Shown: positions 9,871 through 19,790 of the stretch, one piece after another
Position numbering within the stretch: the stretch's first letter is position 1
Layout of the letters: every line of letters starts with the position of its first letter
From: a virus
IMG/VR virus record: IMGVR_UViG_3300045241_000217
Span: 1 to 64,000 of that record
Direction: 5' to 3' (one strand)
DNA length: 64,000 bases
Notes under the pieces: generated by a model
Databases searched by the model: none
What the model saw: only the letters and a program-made list of their open reading frames with translations
Told to the model about the DNA's origin: nothing
Position numbers and translations under genes: made by a program

Positions 9871-10980
9871 TCACGTGAGCCTCTCGGCGGGTAGTTGTTG
9901 GAGACGCAGATCCTCCGGCCACTCCATCGGGTCAGATCCCGAGCGGTCGTTGAGGTAACGTGAGAACGAGCCATTCGGGAACTCGTTCGAGCGCGTGTTG
10001 CCGCGATGCGTGATCCGGTCCTCGACCGAGTGTGGCCGTGCCCCCATCTGCTTCATCCAGATCGGCACGCCAGCGTAGAGACACTGCTTGCTGACACTAC
10101 GCGCCCACGCGAGATCGAACGGACGCGCATCGCGACCGCTCTCTCCGCCGCATACGATCCAGTCGAGGTTCCGCGCGTCGTCGCACTGGCGACAGATCGT
10201 CGCGTTCGTGTCGCTCTCCGAGTAGGCGTCCTCGTGCGTGCACGTCAGCCCCATCCAGCGCCCGAAGTCCACGGGGCCATGGGCTGGCTCGTAGCTCACC
10301 CAGATCACCTTCGCGGTGAACTCCAATGCGAGCGGGATGAACGAATCGGCCTCCGCCTGATTCCCGACGCTCACGCCCATGTGCACGTTCGGCAACGGCC
10401 ACGGCCCTCGCGGATCGGCGCCGTGCTTCGTGTGCAGCAGTTCGCCGTCACTGTGGTTCACCTCCCAGCGCAGCGCTTCGGAGAGGCAGTGCAACCGGCC
10501 ACGCGTCGCGCCGTCGAGTTGCTTCTCAGAGATCGCGGCATCCTGCTCTTGCACCCACGCGAAGAAGTCGAGCGCGCGCTGCGGGCGCTTCGTGAGCACA
10601 AGGAACGTGTGGCGCGGCGCTGCCGCCATGATTCCGAAGATCGCGGCGATGTCCTCGAACGGCAACGCCTCGTGGAAGAGATCGGACATGCTGTTCACGA
10701 AGATGCGTCGGGGTCGCTTCCATCGCACCGGGTCGAGCATGTGCGAGTCCACGCGCTGGACCTTGCCGTTCCATCCCAGCGCCAGCGCTGGCCCGTCTGG
10801 CGTGGGCTTCTTCTTCGAGAAGCGCACCAGCCCCTCGTAGGCCAAGCCGGGGCCGCTGAATCGCATCGCGATGGCCTCCGCGTAGCAGTGCCGACACGAC
10901 TCGTTCACGCGAGAGCATCCGCGGATCGGCGACCACGTTTCGTCGCACCACGAGATCCCACCATCACGCTGATCGGCCAC
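9871..10980 (-). CDS. DUF5131 / phage Gp37-Gp68 family protein (radical-SAM-like)
   Basis: ISWCDETWSPIRGCSRV...CRHCYAE, IFVNSMSDLFHE, HTFLVLTKRP, LDWIVCGGESG..ARP, WMKQMG. Confidence 0.9.
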   Translation of the reverse strand: MADQRDGGISWCDETWSPIRGCSRVNESCRHCYAEAIAMRFSGPGLAYEGLVRFSKKKPTPDGPALALGWNGKVQRVDSHMLDPVRWKRPRRIFVNSMSDLFHEALPFEDIAAIFGIMAAAPRHTFLVLTKRPQRALDFFAWVQEQDAAISEKQLDGATRGRLHCLSEALRWEVNHSDGELLHTKHGADPRGPWPLPNVHMGVSVGNQAEADSFIPLALEFTAKVIWVSYEPAHGPVDFGRWMGLTCTHEDAYSESDTNATICRQCDDARNLDWIVCGGESGRDARPFDLAWARSVSKQCLYAGVPIWMKQMGARPHSVEDRITHRGNTRSNEFPNGSFSRYLNDRSGSDPMEWPEDLRLQQLPAERLT

Positions 10981-11404
10981 CTGCTCCCCGTTCCTGCGGC
11001 TCGGTGCCGCTCGGTGTGTCTGCCATGGATCTACGTGCGCGCAAGATCCGCCTTCGCCTTGAGCGCCTTCCTGCGCGCGATGCCCTGGTGCAGTTGGGCA
11101 GTGAGCCGCGCGCGCCTGGCTTTCTCCTCGGCGGAGAGTGTCCCGGGCGCGTGCCCGTCTCCGCGCTCGAGCATTCGGAGGCGCACCACCGGGGAGCCAT
11201 CCGCCCATAGGCGCGGGTGAGAGCCCGCTGCGTGCTTGGCGCCCACCGAGCACTCGCGGCACGCGCTCCGCTGTAGCCCGTGCGCTGGTCCGTTCTGCGC
11301 GGCGGCTGGACGCTCGGCGGTGGTCTGCGCGAGCTCGTGGCGCTCAACGCACTTGCTCACCTTGAGCGAGCAGGCGAAGGGCTCGCAGCGGAAGAACGGA
11401 AGGG

Positions 11405-12049
11405 TCACGCCCCGCGACCGCTCGCGATGTTCGTGATGCGAGCGAGACGCTCTTCGAGCACCTTGTTGCGTGCGACCCATCGATCGCGATCGGCTGTCAT
11501 CTCGGCGAGCGCGTCGGGCATCGGGCGATCAGCGCCGACCATCCGTCGTAGCTCTTCGACGTTCGCGTCCGGGGGCGTCTCGCCTGCGATGAGCGCATCG
11601 ATCCCGTGGAACACAGGCTCGCGCACGTGCTCGATCGGGACGTCGGGATCCACCGTCTTCCAGTCGGGCCAGTCGCGCGCGAGGTTGGCTTCGTGCTTCT
11701 CGCGCATGGTGCGCACGAACGCCGCGCCGTTGGCGCCCGCGAAGCGAGCTGCGCCGTCCATCGCGATCATCGCCACGTCCACCCACTCGACGAGGTCCTC
11801 GGGCTTCGCTTCGATCTCCAGGAGCTCCTTGCGGATGTGATCCGCCAGCCCCTTCGGTGAGCGGTTGGGTCCGATGACCTTCTTGCTCCACTCGTACTTC
11901 GCATCGAAGAGAGCGGCGAAGGATTCGAGCGCGGCCTCGCCCACCTCTAGGAGCTCGCCGTGCGTCACCTGCGTGACGTAGCGCGCGCCCTTCTTGATGA
12001 GGTCCACCGAGCGCTGGATCGTCGAAAGTCGCTTCTCGTCTGATGCCAC
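11405..12049 (-). CDS. DUF550 (dATP/dGTP pyrophosphohydrolase-like) domain protein
   Basis: G..DHIRKEL.EIEA.P.DL.EW.DV....DGA.R...K...N.AR.WPDW....PD.PIEHVR. Confidence 0.8.
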   Translation of the reverse strand: MASDEKRLSTIQRSVDLIKKGARYVTQVTHGELLEVGEAALESFAALFDAKYEWSKKVIGPNRSPKGLADHIRKELLEIEAKPEDLVEWVDVAMIAMDGAARFAGANGAAFVRTMREKHEANLARDWPDWKTVDPDVPIEHVREPVFHGIDALIAGETPPDANVEELRRMVGADRPMPDALAEMTADRDRWVARNKVLEERLARITNIASGRGA

Positions 12050-12068
12050 TGCGTGCTCCTCTCGGCGA

Positions 12069-13889
12069 TCAGCCGAACAACAGGGGTGATGCTCTCACAC
12101 CTTCACGATCGACCGTCACGAGCTTGCGACGTGCGAGGGCCTGCACGTAGGCGTCACGTGTCGATCGCTTGTAGCCCGTGGCGTCGGTGATTGCCTCGCG
12201 AGAGACTGGCCCGATGCCGTTGCGGCCATTCGGATGCGTCAGACTCGTCACGCACTCCAGCACCGCGCGCTCTCCGGCCGGTAGACGTGGCAACCAGTGC
12301 TCACGGAGCGCGTCACCCGTGGGCAGCGGCTCCCATGAGTCCCCCAGCGACGCGCGGCCCGCATCGGTGGCCATGACGCTCGCGCCGATCGTCGTGACGA
12401 GCCCGCGCCGCATGAGCGCCTGGATGTACGCGTCTCTCGTGCTGCGCTTGTAGCCCGTGAGCGCTGTGAGCTGCTGGCGGTCGCAGCCGCCATCGTGCTG
12501 CGCGCACGCCGTGAGGATCGCCTGCTCGCCCTTCGGGATCCCGATAGTCGTCAGTGTGCTCTCGGTGGGCGGTGGGACGCGGCGCGGGCCCGGCTGGGTG
12601 GCGACGAACGTCGGGCCTTTCGCGATCTCCACGTCCACCTCAACATCATCGTCCAGGAGCGAGCGCAGCGTCTTCGCCGTCTCCTCGGCGGTCGTCGAGA
12701 GCCGTGCGATCTGCTTCTCGCGCTCGGCCATCGCGCGCTCGACCTTGTCCATGATGTGGGTCTGCGCGAGCGCGAGCACCTTGTTGATCTCGTCGGCGTC
12801 GAGCGTGGCGATCCCGACGGCGCTGATCTTCACGATGACCTTCATGGCGAGCTCCAATCCCTTGCGTAGTGAGCGAATGGTGGCGGCGTCCTCGGGGAGG
12901 CGTTTCGCTCGCTCCGGTTCCTTCGACGCTGAATGGAGTTGCCGCGCGATCAGCTTCTCCATGTCGGCGATGCGCGCGCGGAGCAGCTTCGGGTCGTTGG
13001 CCTTCGCGCGCTCGATGGTCGCGGTGAGCTTCCCCTTGAGGGCCTCCATGTCGAGCGTGGCGCGCTTCTTCGGCTCCACGCGCCGCTTGCCCGGCTCGGG
13101 TGTCGCGCCGCTGTCGAACGTGCGCCGACGACGCACGCGCACTCTCTCCAGGATCTTGTGGACGGGGATCCACACGTAGGCCTCGCCGTCTTGAAGCGTC
13201 GAGAGGCTCTGCACGACCTCCGTGTGCTGGCTGTCCGCCTGCTCGTCGATCCACTCGCGGATCGCCTTCCGGTCGAGGTTGTGCGCCTGGCGCATCGCGA
13301 TCAGCACCTCGCACTGCGAGAGCACCGACTTGCTGATCGACTGCGCGCGCTGCGCCACGAACACCACGCCGATGCCTCGCCCGCGACCGCGTAGCGCGAG
13401 GTCCTCACACGCACCGAGCAGGCGCGGGTCCACGAAGCGTGAGTCCTGCGGCGCGAACAACGGCGCCTCCTCGATCACCACGAGGACCGACGTGCGCGAC
13501 TTCTGGTAGAGGCGATCGAGGAAGTCGGCGGCGAAGCGCTTCATGGCCCCCTTCCGCATGAGGCTCATGTCGAGCACGACGCTCAGACCGTACTCAAGCA
13601 CGACGTCGGCGAGCTGTTCTCCGCTCTCCTCGTACAGCGGGACGTCGGGGCTGTGCTCGCCACCGAACAGGTAGAACGGGAGTCCGGCGCTCTTGCCGTC
13701 CACGCTCGAGCGGATGCCCCACCACGCGCCCACGGGATCGAGGATCACGACGGGCACGTTCGCGGCGTGCGCCTCCTCGACGATGACGGATGCCGTGCTC
13801 GTCTTGCCGGCGCCTCGGTTGGCGACCACGGCCGTGGCTCGCGTCACAACGTCGAGCGGGATGCGGATGCCGATGTCGAGGGTCTTCAC
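12069..13889 (-). CDS. HerA/FtsK-superfamily (DUF87-like) ATPase with two C-terminal winged-helix repeats
   Basis: Walker A RGAGKT, ILDPVGAWWG, Walker B VVIEEA, RGRGRGIG..FVAQR; duplicated TGYKRSTRDAYxQAL. Confidence 0.8.
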   Translation of the reverse strand: MKTLDIGIRIPLDVVTRATAVVANRGAGKTSTASVIVEEAHAANVPVVILDPVGAWWGIRSSVDGKSAGLPFYLFGGEHSPDVPLYEESGEQLADVVLEYGLSVVLDMSLMRKGAMKRFAADFLDRLYQKSRTSVLVVIEEAPLFAPQDSRFVDPRLLGACEDLALRGRGRGIGVVFVAQRAQSISKSVLSQCEVLIAMRQAHNLDRKAIREWIDEQADSQHTEVVQSLSTLQDGEAYVWIPVHKILERVRVRRRRTFDSGATPEPGKRRVEPKKRATLDMEALKGKLTATIERAKANDPKLLRARIADMEKLIARQLHSASKEPERAKRLPEDAATIRSLRKGLELAMKVIVKISAVGIATLDADEINKVLALAQTHIMDKVERAMAEREKQIARLSTTAEETAKTLRSLLDDDVEVDVEIAKGPTFVATQPGPRRVPPPTESTLTTIGIPKGEQAILTACAQHDGGCDRQQLTALTGYKRSTRDAYIQALMRRGLVTTIGASVMATDAGRASLGDSWEPLPTGDALREHWLPRLPAGERAVLECVTSLTHPNGRNGIGPVSREAITDATGYKRSTRDAYVQALARRKLVTVDREGVRASPLLFG

Positions 13890-14584
13890 CACGAGAGCCT
13901 CCCTTGCCGCAGAGCGGCCTCCACGCCCTGCGGCGTCTGCGACTTGCGCTCGGCGAGCGAGGTGCTCCCGAGGATGAAGTTGCCGGCGATCAGCGGGTGA
14001 CCCCACACGAACCACGCGTACGTGCTGCTGTCAGTCTTTCCGTCGGCGGTGAAGGACGGGCGATCGGGGAGCACGCGCAGCGCTGGGTTGGCGCCCACGC
14101 CGCGAAAGAAGTCCACACGCTCGTCGCTCCCGAGGAACCCGACGCGCAGGAGCATCGCGACCACATCCGAGACCTTCATGCTCGCGCGGATGATCTCCTC
14201 GGCGAGGTTGAAGGGCGGATTCCCGAGCACGAGCCCGAACGTGCGCCCAGCGGCTTCCGCGTCTTCGGCCCACCGTCGGAAGTCCACGCCCTCGTGGTGC
14301 TCGATCAGTGACTCAGGACGCGGATCGGCCAGCGCGTTGCTTCGCAGTTCCACGCCGGTCCACCGCGGCGCCTCGGCCACGGCGGGCTCCCAGTGCGCCG
14401 GATCCTTCGTCCACGACTCGACGGAGCGGATGATGGCGCCGTCTCCGCACGTGGGCTCGAGCGCGGTACGTACGTCGAGCAGCCGGTCGCCGCAGTCGTC
14501 GAGAAGCCGGTGCACCGGCCAGGCGGCCGTTGGATAGTAGTCCTCGTCGCCCCCCTCGTGGCGTCCACGTCCCTTCGCGCTCAT
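13886..14584 (-). CDS. amino-type (N6-adenine/N4-cytosine) DNA methyltransferase
   Basis: DYYPT, LEPTCGDGAI (SAM-binding), GNPPF (catalytic), RPSFT...TDS..YAWFVW. Confidence 0.88.
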   Translation of the reverse strand: MSAKGRGRHEGGDEDYYPTAAWPVHRLLDDCGDRLLDVRTALEPTCGDGAIIRSVESWTKDPAHWEPAVAEAPRWTGVELRSNALADPRPESLIEHHEGVDFRRWAEDAEAAGRTFGLVLGNPPFNLAEEIIRASMKVSDVVAMLLRVGFLGSDERVDFFRGVGANPALRVLPDRPSFTADGKTDSSTYAWFVWGHPLIAGNFILGSTSLAERKSQTPQGVEAALRQGRLSW

Positions 14585-14632
14585 CTCGATCCCTTTCCTG
14601 CCCGCTCCGTGCGGGCGCGTTCGGTCCCCTGG

Positions 14633-15052
14633 CTACGAGGCGGCGATCTCGGCGGCGCCGTTCGCTGGGGGGACGTCAGACGCATCGGCGCCGATCGCGT
14701 GCTCGAACGCGTGCAGCGCGTGGCGGTGCTCGTGAAACGCCTTCTCGTGCTCGCTCTTCGCGGTGCCGATCTCGCAGCGAAGCTTGTGGGCCACCGCGTC
14801 GTTGCGGACCGCGTCGGCCTCGATCCCGTTGAGCTCCTCGACGGCCGCCACGCGATCGGCGAGCGTCGCGCTCAGGGCCTTCTTGCGAGCCTCCCCGATC
14901 GCGAGCGCCTTCGACGTCTCGTACGTCGTGAGCTCCTCGGCGTCCTTCTCCGCCTTGGCGAGCCGCTCCTTGGCCAAGCCCAGGTTGGCCTCCGCCTCGT
15001 TCAGCGCGTTCGTTGCTCGCAGCCGACGCTTAGCTCGTTCTTCGTGGTCCAT
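14633..15052 (-). CDS. coiled-coil hypothetical protein
   Basis: Ala/Glu/Lys-rich helical ORF preceded by hairpin+AGGA leader. Confidence 0.6.
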   Translation of the reverse strand: MDHEERAKRRLRATNALNEAEANLGLAKERLAKAEKDAEELTTYETSKALAIGEARKKALSATLADRVAAVEELNGIEADAVRNDAVAHKLRCEIGTAKSEHEKAFHEHRHALHAFEHAIGADASDVPPANGAAEIAAS

Positions 15053-15813
15053 CTATCGCTCTCTTCCTGTCGGCTCCCGCCGACTGTTGCTCACGCCAGA
15101 TCGTCGATGAAGGGTCCTGCTCGGCCCATGGACTCCTCGAGGTGCGCCTGAGCCGCTGCGCGCTCTTCGGTCGTACGCGCTTCCCGCTGCTCTCTGACAG
15201 CCGCGACGAGATCGGTGAGCAGTCGCTCGCTCTCGCACGCATCGTCCACGCGATCGCGGAACCACTCCATCACGCGCACGGCGTCCTCGAGCGCGTTGTG
15301 CTCGCGCCGCTCGTGGCTGATGCCGCGCGCCCGGCTCTCGCGAGCTGGGCTACCGAGCGGGAGGGCGTCGAACTCGAGGCAGCGCGCGGCCTTGTGGTCG
15401 CGCATGTTCGTCAGCGACGTGATCACCGTCTTGACGTTCTTCACCACCGGCAGTTCGACCTGCATCTCGGTCTGCGGTTCGCCGTCCATGTCCATCATCC
15501 GTTCCTCGCTCTCGTCGAGCGCCCGGTCGGTGTAGCACTCCGCACTCACAACGCGCCCGTGATGCTCATCATGGCGTGAGGTCGGGTGCGTCTTCGAGCG
15601 GCGCGAGCGCTTTGATGAGCGCTCGCTCTTCTGCCCAACCGAGATAGGCAAACGCACGCGGTGCGCACACCCGCAGATTCGCGCGCGCAGCCCTCTCGAC
15701 CAAGCGCAGCGCGCGCAGTTCTTCGAGCAGCGCTTCGATGGTGTCGGCGTCGGTCCGGTCACCGTCGTTGTTGCACTCTTCGATGTGCGTGAGGCCCTCG
15801 TGTGTGAAGCGGA

Positions 15814-16476
15814 TCATGTGTCCTCCGGTGTCATGGCTCTCCAGCGCTCCTGGAGCGTGGACTGGGCGAGGTAGAACGCGTGCTCGGTGACGAGGCGGGC
15901 GAGCCAGAACGGCGGATCCTCGGAGAGCGCGTGGTCGCGCACGCGCTGCATGAGCATCTCGCACTCGATCTTGCCCTCGTCGTGGAACTGACGGTGGCAC
16001 TTCACGCACACGGGCACCGCGAAGTAGTCCGAGCACCTCTCGCCCATGCCTCGGGGACCGAAGTGATGGGCCTCGCTCGGCTCGTTGCTCTTGCCGCATG
16101 CGCAGCACGGCTGCTCACGCACGAAGGCCAAGTAGTCGTCGTCGCGCGCGAGCGGCGGGGCCTTGAAGTTCGAGACGAGGCGGCGGGCTTCCGCGATCCG
16201 CGCTTCCTTCGGTACCTCGCCCGGCGGGTAGAAGGCTTCGATCGGTACGTCGATCGGGATGCGCTTGGACTTGCGGCGCGGCTTGGGCTCCGGTGCGCGT
16301 GCTCCGCGCTCAGCGTCGTCACGACGTGCGCGACACGCTGCGCACAGGTGGTCGGACGACTCGCGCTCGCGATGGCAGACAGCGCATCCTGGGATCGGTG
16401 GCAGCGGTCCCATGTCACGAGGATTCGCGCCCGTGAGGGAGCGGGGCGCTCGGTCTCTCCATGAGGGGATGCTCAT
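15814..16476 (-). CDS. DUF968-like zinc-binding HNH-type protein
   Basis: DYLAFVREQPCCACG....EAHH...GMG...SDYFAVPVC..CH..FH. Confidence 0.75.
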   Translation of the reverse strand: MSIPSWRDRAPRSLTGANPRDMGPLPPIPGCAVCHRERESSDHLCAACRARRDDAERGARAPEPKPRRKSKRIPIDVPIEAFYPPGEVPKEARIAEARRLVSNFKAPPLARDDDYLAFVREQPCCACGKSNEPSEAHHFGPRGMGERCSDYFAVPVCVKCHRQFHDEGKIECEMLMQRVRDHALSEDPPFWLARLVTEHAFYLAQSTLQERWRAMTPEDT

Positions 16477-17249
16477 GGCGCGACCCGTCGAAAGGAGAGC
16501 GCCCACACCCATGGATCGGCGCTCCAAGAGGCGCCTTCGCGCTCGCCGTTGAGCGACTCCCAGAGATTCGCGAACGCCGTCTTCGGGTTCCCGAGGCAGT
16601 GCGTGTGCCCTCGCACCGGATCGAGCTCGACGGGATGCGGCCGCTCGAACGACCACCGCGGCTCGCAGAGGTTGCGGTACGGGTGGTCACTCGTCTCGCT
16701 CGCAAGCTCTCGCGCACCCTCCGCTCGTGCGTCCTCGATCGTGATCTCTTGGAGACGTTGCACGCGCACGTCGGTGATCTCTAGGACCGAGCGCGACATC
16801 CACCGCATGCAGAAGATCGACTGACGGATGCGGCCCCACCAAGCCATCGGCTCGGGAGCCCCCGAGGCCTCGTAGAAGATCGGCGAGCCCACCGGCACCT
16901 CGCGCGGCGGGAGGTGGTCGTACTTCGCGAGCGTGCGCCACGTCTCTTTGACCCACAGTCGGTCGCCCTGGTCGCCGTGCGGGCAGATCACGCCCGGACC
17001 GCTCCCGAGCATCGCGAGCATCTCGGGGGAGACGTTGGGGCCCATGTCCGTGAAGGCCGGCCGGCCGTTGCTGCCGAGCACCATCGAGACGCCGGCGTGG
17101 TTGCGGTTCCAGTCGGGCCACTTGAAGCGCACGACCCTGCGTGTCTGGGTCTTCTCGTCTCTGAGCGTCGCGAGCGCCATCGGTGCGCTCATGAGGATCG
17201 GCTTCTCGGTGATGGGGCCGGCGGCGCCAGCACTCGGCTGCGTGATCAC
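16473..17249 (-). CDS. conserved phage protein with ASCH/PUA-like domain
   Basis: PILMSAPM......KTQTRR, CPHG..GDRLWVKETW, LEITDVRVQRLQEIT.EDARAEG, SW..DPWVW. Confidence 0.75.
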   Translation of the reverse strand: MITQPSAGAAGPITEKPILMSAPMALATLRDEKTQTRRVVRFKWPDWNRNHAGVSMVLGSNGRPAFTDMGPNVSPEMLAMLGSGPGVICPHGDQGDRLWVKETWRTLAKYDHLPPREVPVGSPIFYEASGAPEPMAWWGRIRQSIFCMRWMSRSVLEITDVRVQRLQEITIEDARAEGARELASETSDHPYRNLCEPRWSFERPHPVELDPVRGHTHCLGNPKTAFANLWESLNGEREGASWSADPWVWALSFRRVAP

Positions 17250-17683
17250 GACTTGCTCTCCTCAACCAGATCGAGCGCTGCGAGCAGATCGGCAGGCTCG
17301 ATCTTGTACTTCTTCATCATCCGCAGCGGCACGATTCGATCGGCTCGCACGTCGGGGCGCGTCTCGGGCTCCCACTCGCACGCCTTGTACGGGCACGGGT
17401 TGTTGTACGGGAACTCGCGGCAGAGCAGCGGCCGCGTCTCGTAGATCCCGCAGTCGCCGTTCGGCTGGAGCTTCGTGCACGTGTACCAGTGCAGCGATTC
17501 GCCGCTCGTGCGCGACACGATCTCTGGCACCGGCGACTCCACCGACTTGCCGAGATACGTGAAGATCTCTGCGGCCTGGGCGTCGCTGGGAAGGAACCGC
17601 CCCGCGGCCGCTTTCTCCTTCAACGTCTGCGGGTCGTAGGGAAGCGTGAACGCTCGGCAGCAATGCCCGGTGCAGCGACTCAC
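17246..17683 (-). CDS. YkgJ-family cysteine-cluster (zinc/Fe-S) protein
   Basis: RCTGHCC ... C..L...GDCGIYETRPLLCREFP. Confidence 0.8.
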   Translation of the reverse strand: MSRCTGHCCRAFTLPYDPQTLKEKAAAGRFLPSDAQAAEIFTYLGKSVESPVPEIVSRTSGESLHWYTCTKLQPNGDCGIYETRPLLCREFPYNNPCPYKACEWEPETRPDVRADRIVPLRMMKKYKIEPADLLAALDLVEESKS

Positions 17684-17894
17684 GACCGCACCATCACGCC
17701 GCCCGTGGTGATCCACAGCCGCATCGCGTCCGCCATCGCGTCGAGGCGTCGCCCGTCCGTCTCCGGCACCCGGTACGCCGCCATCGCGACTGGTAGCGCG
17801 TCGGCTAGGGCTTGGCCGTGCTCGGCCTCGATGACCTTCCTGGCTTGCTTGAGGGCCCGGTCGAGCCCGCGCAGCGCCTTCGTGACCTTGGGGC

Positions 17895-18320
17895 TCACGT
17901 GACCACCTCTCGCTTCCGCAGTCCGAACGGGAGCGCCATGCCCTCGGGCAGCACCCACAGGTGGTACATGTTCGCGTCGTCCACGAGCGCGCTCTCAGCC
18001 GGGTAGACCTCGACGGCCACGCGCTCCGCGCCCACGAGCTCGCTCTTGATCCGCTGCATGTCGCGCCACGAGCGGATCGGCTGGTTGTCGTGACGGCGCA
18101 CCATGAGGTTGAGCACCTCGCCCCACTCGCTCGCCTTCGGGTAGCACTGCACGGAGTACACAGCGTTGCGCCATGCGCGATCGAGGCCGTGGATGTTGTA
18201 CGTGTGCCGCTCGTCGGGACCAACGGGGACCTCCTGCCATTCGCCCCACGCTCCGTGTCGCGCAGCCCTGCGCGAGTCGCTGACCGCGGCTCGACGCTGC
18301 GCTCTCGTCGCGGCCTTCAC
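17895..18320 (-). CDS. conserved phage hypothetical protein
   Basis: SWRDMQRIKSELVG.E..AVEVYPAES.LVD.ANMYHLW motif, recognised from other phage ORFs. Confidence 0.7.
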   Translation of the reverse strand: MKAATRAQRRAAVSDSRRAARHGAWGEWQEVPVGPDERHTYNIHGLDRAWRNAVYSVQCYPKASEWGEVLNLMVRRHDNQPIRSWRDMQRIKSELVGAERVAVEVYPAESALVDDANMYHLWVLPEGMALPFGLRKREVVT

Positions 18321-18537
18321 GTGGCCTCCAGGAGCGCTCGCAGCGCGTCACGAAGCTCGATGATCATTTCACCATCTTCCGATTGCGGGATGTGGGCTAC
18401 GACGCGCCCGGCTCGACCACCGCCGTTGGCCGTGATGTGCCCGTCGCGCGAGTCCACCCACGGCGTCTCCGCGTAGGACCACGACTGCGTGGCGGCGAGC
18501 GCGGCCACAGCTCGCTTCTTGGGATCTGCGATGGGCA

Positions 18538-18933
18538 TCAGAGCGCTGCCTCGGCTTTGGACGCCGCCTTGAACGCGTCTGCCGCGAGCACCAGGAGCGG
18601 CGCGAGATCGAGCGTGCGCACGTGGTGGCTCGTGTCGTCCTCGTTCTCTTCCTGATGGTCAGAGGTGATGCGGTACTGCATCGCGTTCAGAGCGTGCAAC
18701 GCCACGCTCTCTGGCGAGTCGCCCATGTCTGCGGAGAGCGTGCCGTACATCCCCGTCTCGCCACCGTCGTTGTCGCCGTGGAACTCGATGTTCACGGTGT
18801 ACCGAAGGAACTCACCGTAAGAACGAGCGGCGATCCACGCGGTGATCGTCCACCGCCCCCACGTCATCTCCGCGTCGCCCGCGTCGTTGAGCTTCACCAC
18901 GGGCTCGGAGCCCTCGACCTGCTTCTGATCCAT
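18538..18933 (-). CDS. hypothetical protein
   Basis: ATG preceded by hairpin+AGGA leader. Confidence 0.6.
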   Translation of the reverse strand: MDQKQVEGSEPVVKLNDAGDAEMTWGRWTITAWIAARSYGEFLRYTVNIEFHGDNDGGETGMYGTLSADMGDSPESVALHALNAMQYRITSDHQEENEDDTSHHVRTLDLAPLLVLAADAFKAASKAEAAL

Positions 18934-18985
18934 CGGTCCCTCTTTCCTGCGCGCTCGGTGCGCGCGATCGATCTTCGCGCATCAG

Positions 18986-19777
18986 TCAGTCGAGCGCGAC
19001 GCTACGGGCCCGGCGAGCGATTGCCGATCGTCGCCCGTAAAACCGGTTCACCAGCAACACCGGCGACCCGTCCTCGTTCACGATGCTGTGCACGGTGGGC
19101 CCGAGCCACACGAGACTCGGAGCGCTGCCTCCGTGGTCCATGGCTCCTCCCCAGATCACCGCGAGCGGCATCGGGTCTCGTGTCTCGCCAGCCTCGAACG
19201 CGAGCACCGCTTCGCGCACGGCGTCCCAACGCGAGGCGTAGCGGCGCCAGCAATCGTCGCCCGTGCACATCGGTCGCGGATCGGTCGCTTCTCGAGGATC
19301 GACGGTGAGGGGGCCCCACGTCAGCCCGAGCGCCCATCCGTTCGAGCTCTCGGTGCGTTCGACGCGGTGCACGTGGCAGTACTGACGGATCTGCTGCTCG
19401 AACGTGATCGGCGCTTCGGGGTGCCGTGCGTTGTACTCGCGCCACCGGCGGAGCAGCACGAACGCCATCGCGGCGTGCTCGGTGTGGTTCCTCCATCCCG
19501 CTTCGGCGACGTCGCACTGACCGAGTGCGAGACGCGTGCTGTCGTTCCACTCGATCGCGTCGGTCACGACGGGACGCGCGTCGTCGCAGCACGGGCGCTG
19601 GGTCGGTACCTCTTCGATCACAACCGTCTCGGGTCGCACTTCCGCGTCCTGTCCGTGTGCATGGCGCACCGAGCACGTGTTGAGCGCCATCGCGCCGAGG
19701 ATGATGGCCAGGAGCGCCGCGTACGTGCGCAGGGCTGCGGTGTCTTCTCGATCGTCGTCGTTCATCTGGTGTCTCAT
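18986..19777 (-). CDS. membrane-anchored/secreted protein, possibly cell-wall hydrolase-like
   Basis: N-terminal hydrophobic helix; LALGQCDVAEAGW...AAMAFVLLRR loosely recalls the SleB/Hydrolase_2 catalytic Glu helix. Confidence 0.4.
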   Translation of the reverse strand: MRHQMNDDDREDTAALRTYAALLAIILGAMALNTCSVRHAHGQDAEVRPETVVIEEVPTQRPCCDDARPVVTDAIEWNDSTRLALGQCDVAEAGWRNHTEHAAMAFVLLRRWREYNARHPEAPITFEQQIRQYCHVHRVERTESSNGWALGLTWGPLTVDPREATDPRPMCTGDDCWRRYASRWDAVREAVLAFEAGETRDPMPLAVIWGGAMDHGGSAPSLVWLGPTVHSIVNEDGSPVLLVNRFYGRRSAIARRARSVALD

Positions 19778-19790
19778 GCGGGGGAGGTTG

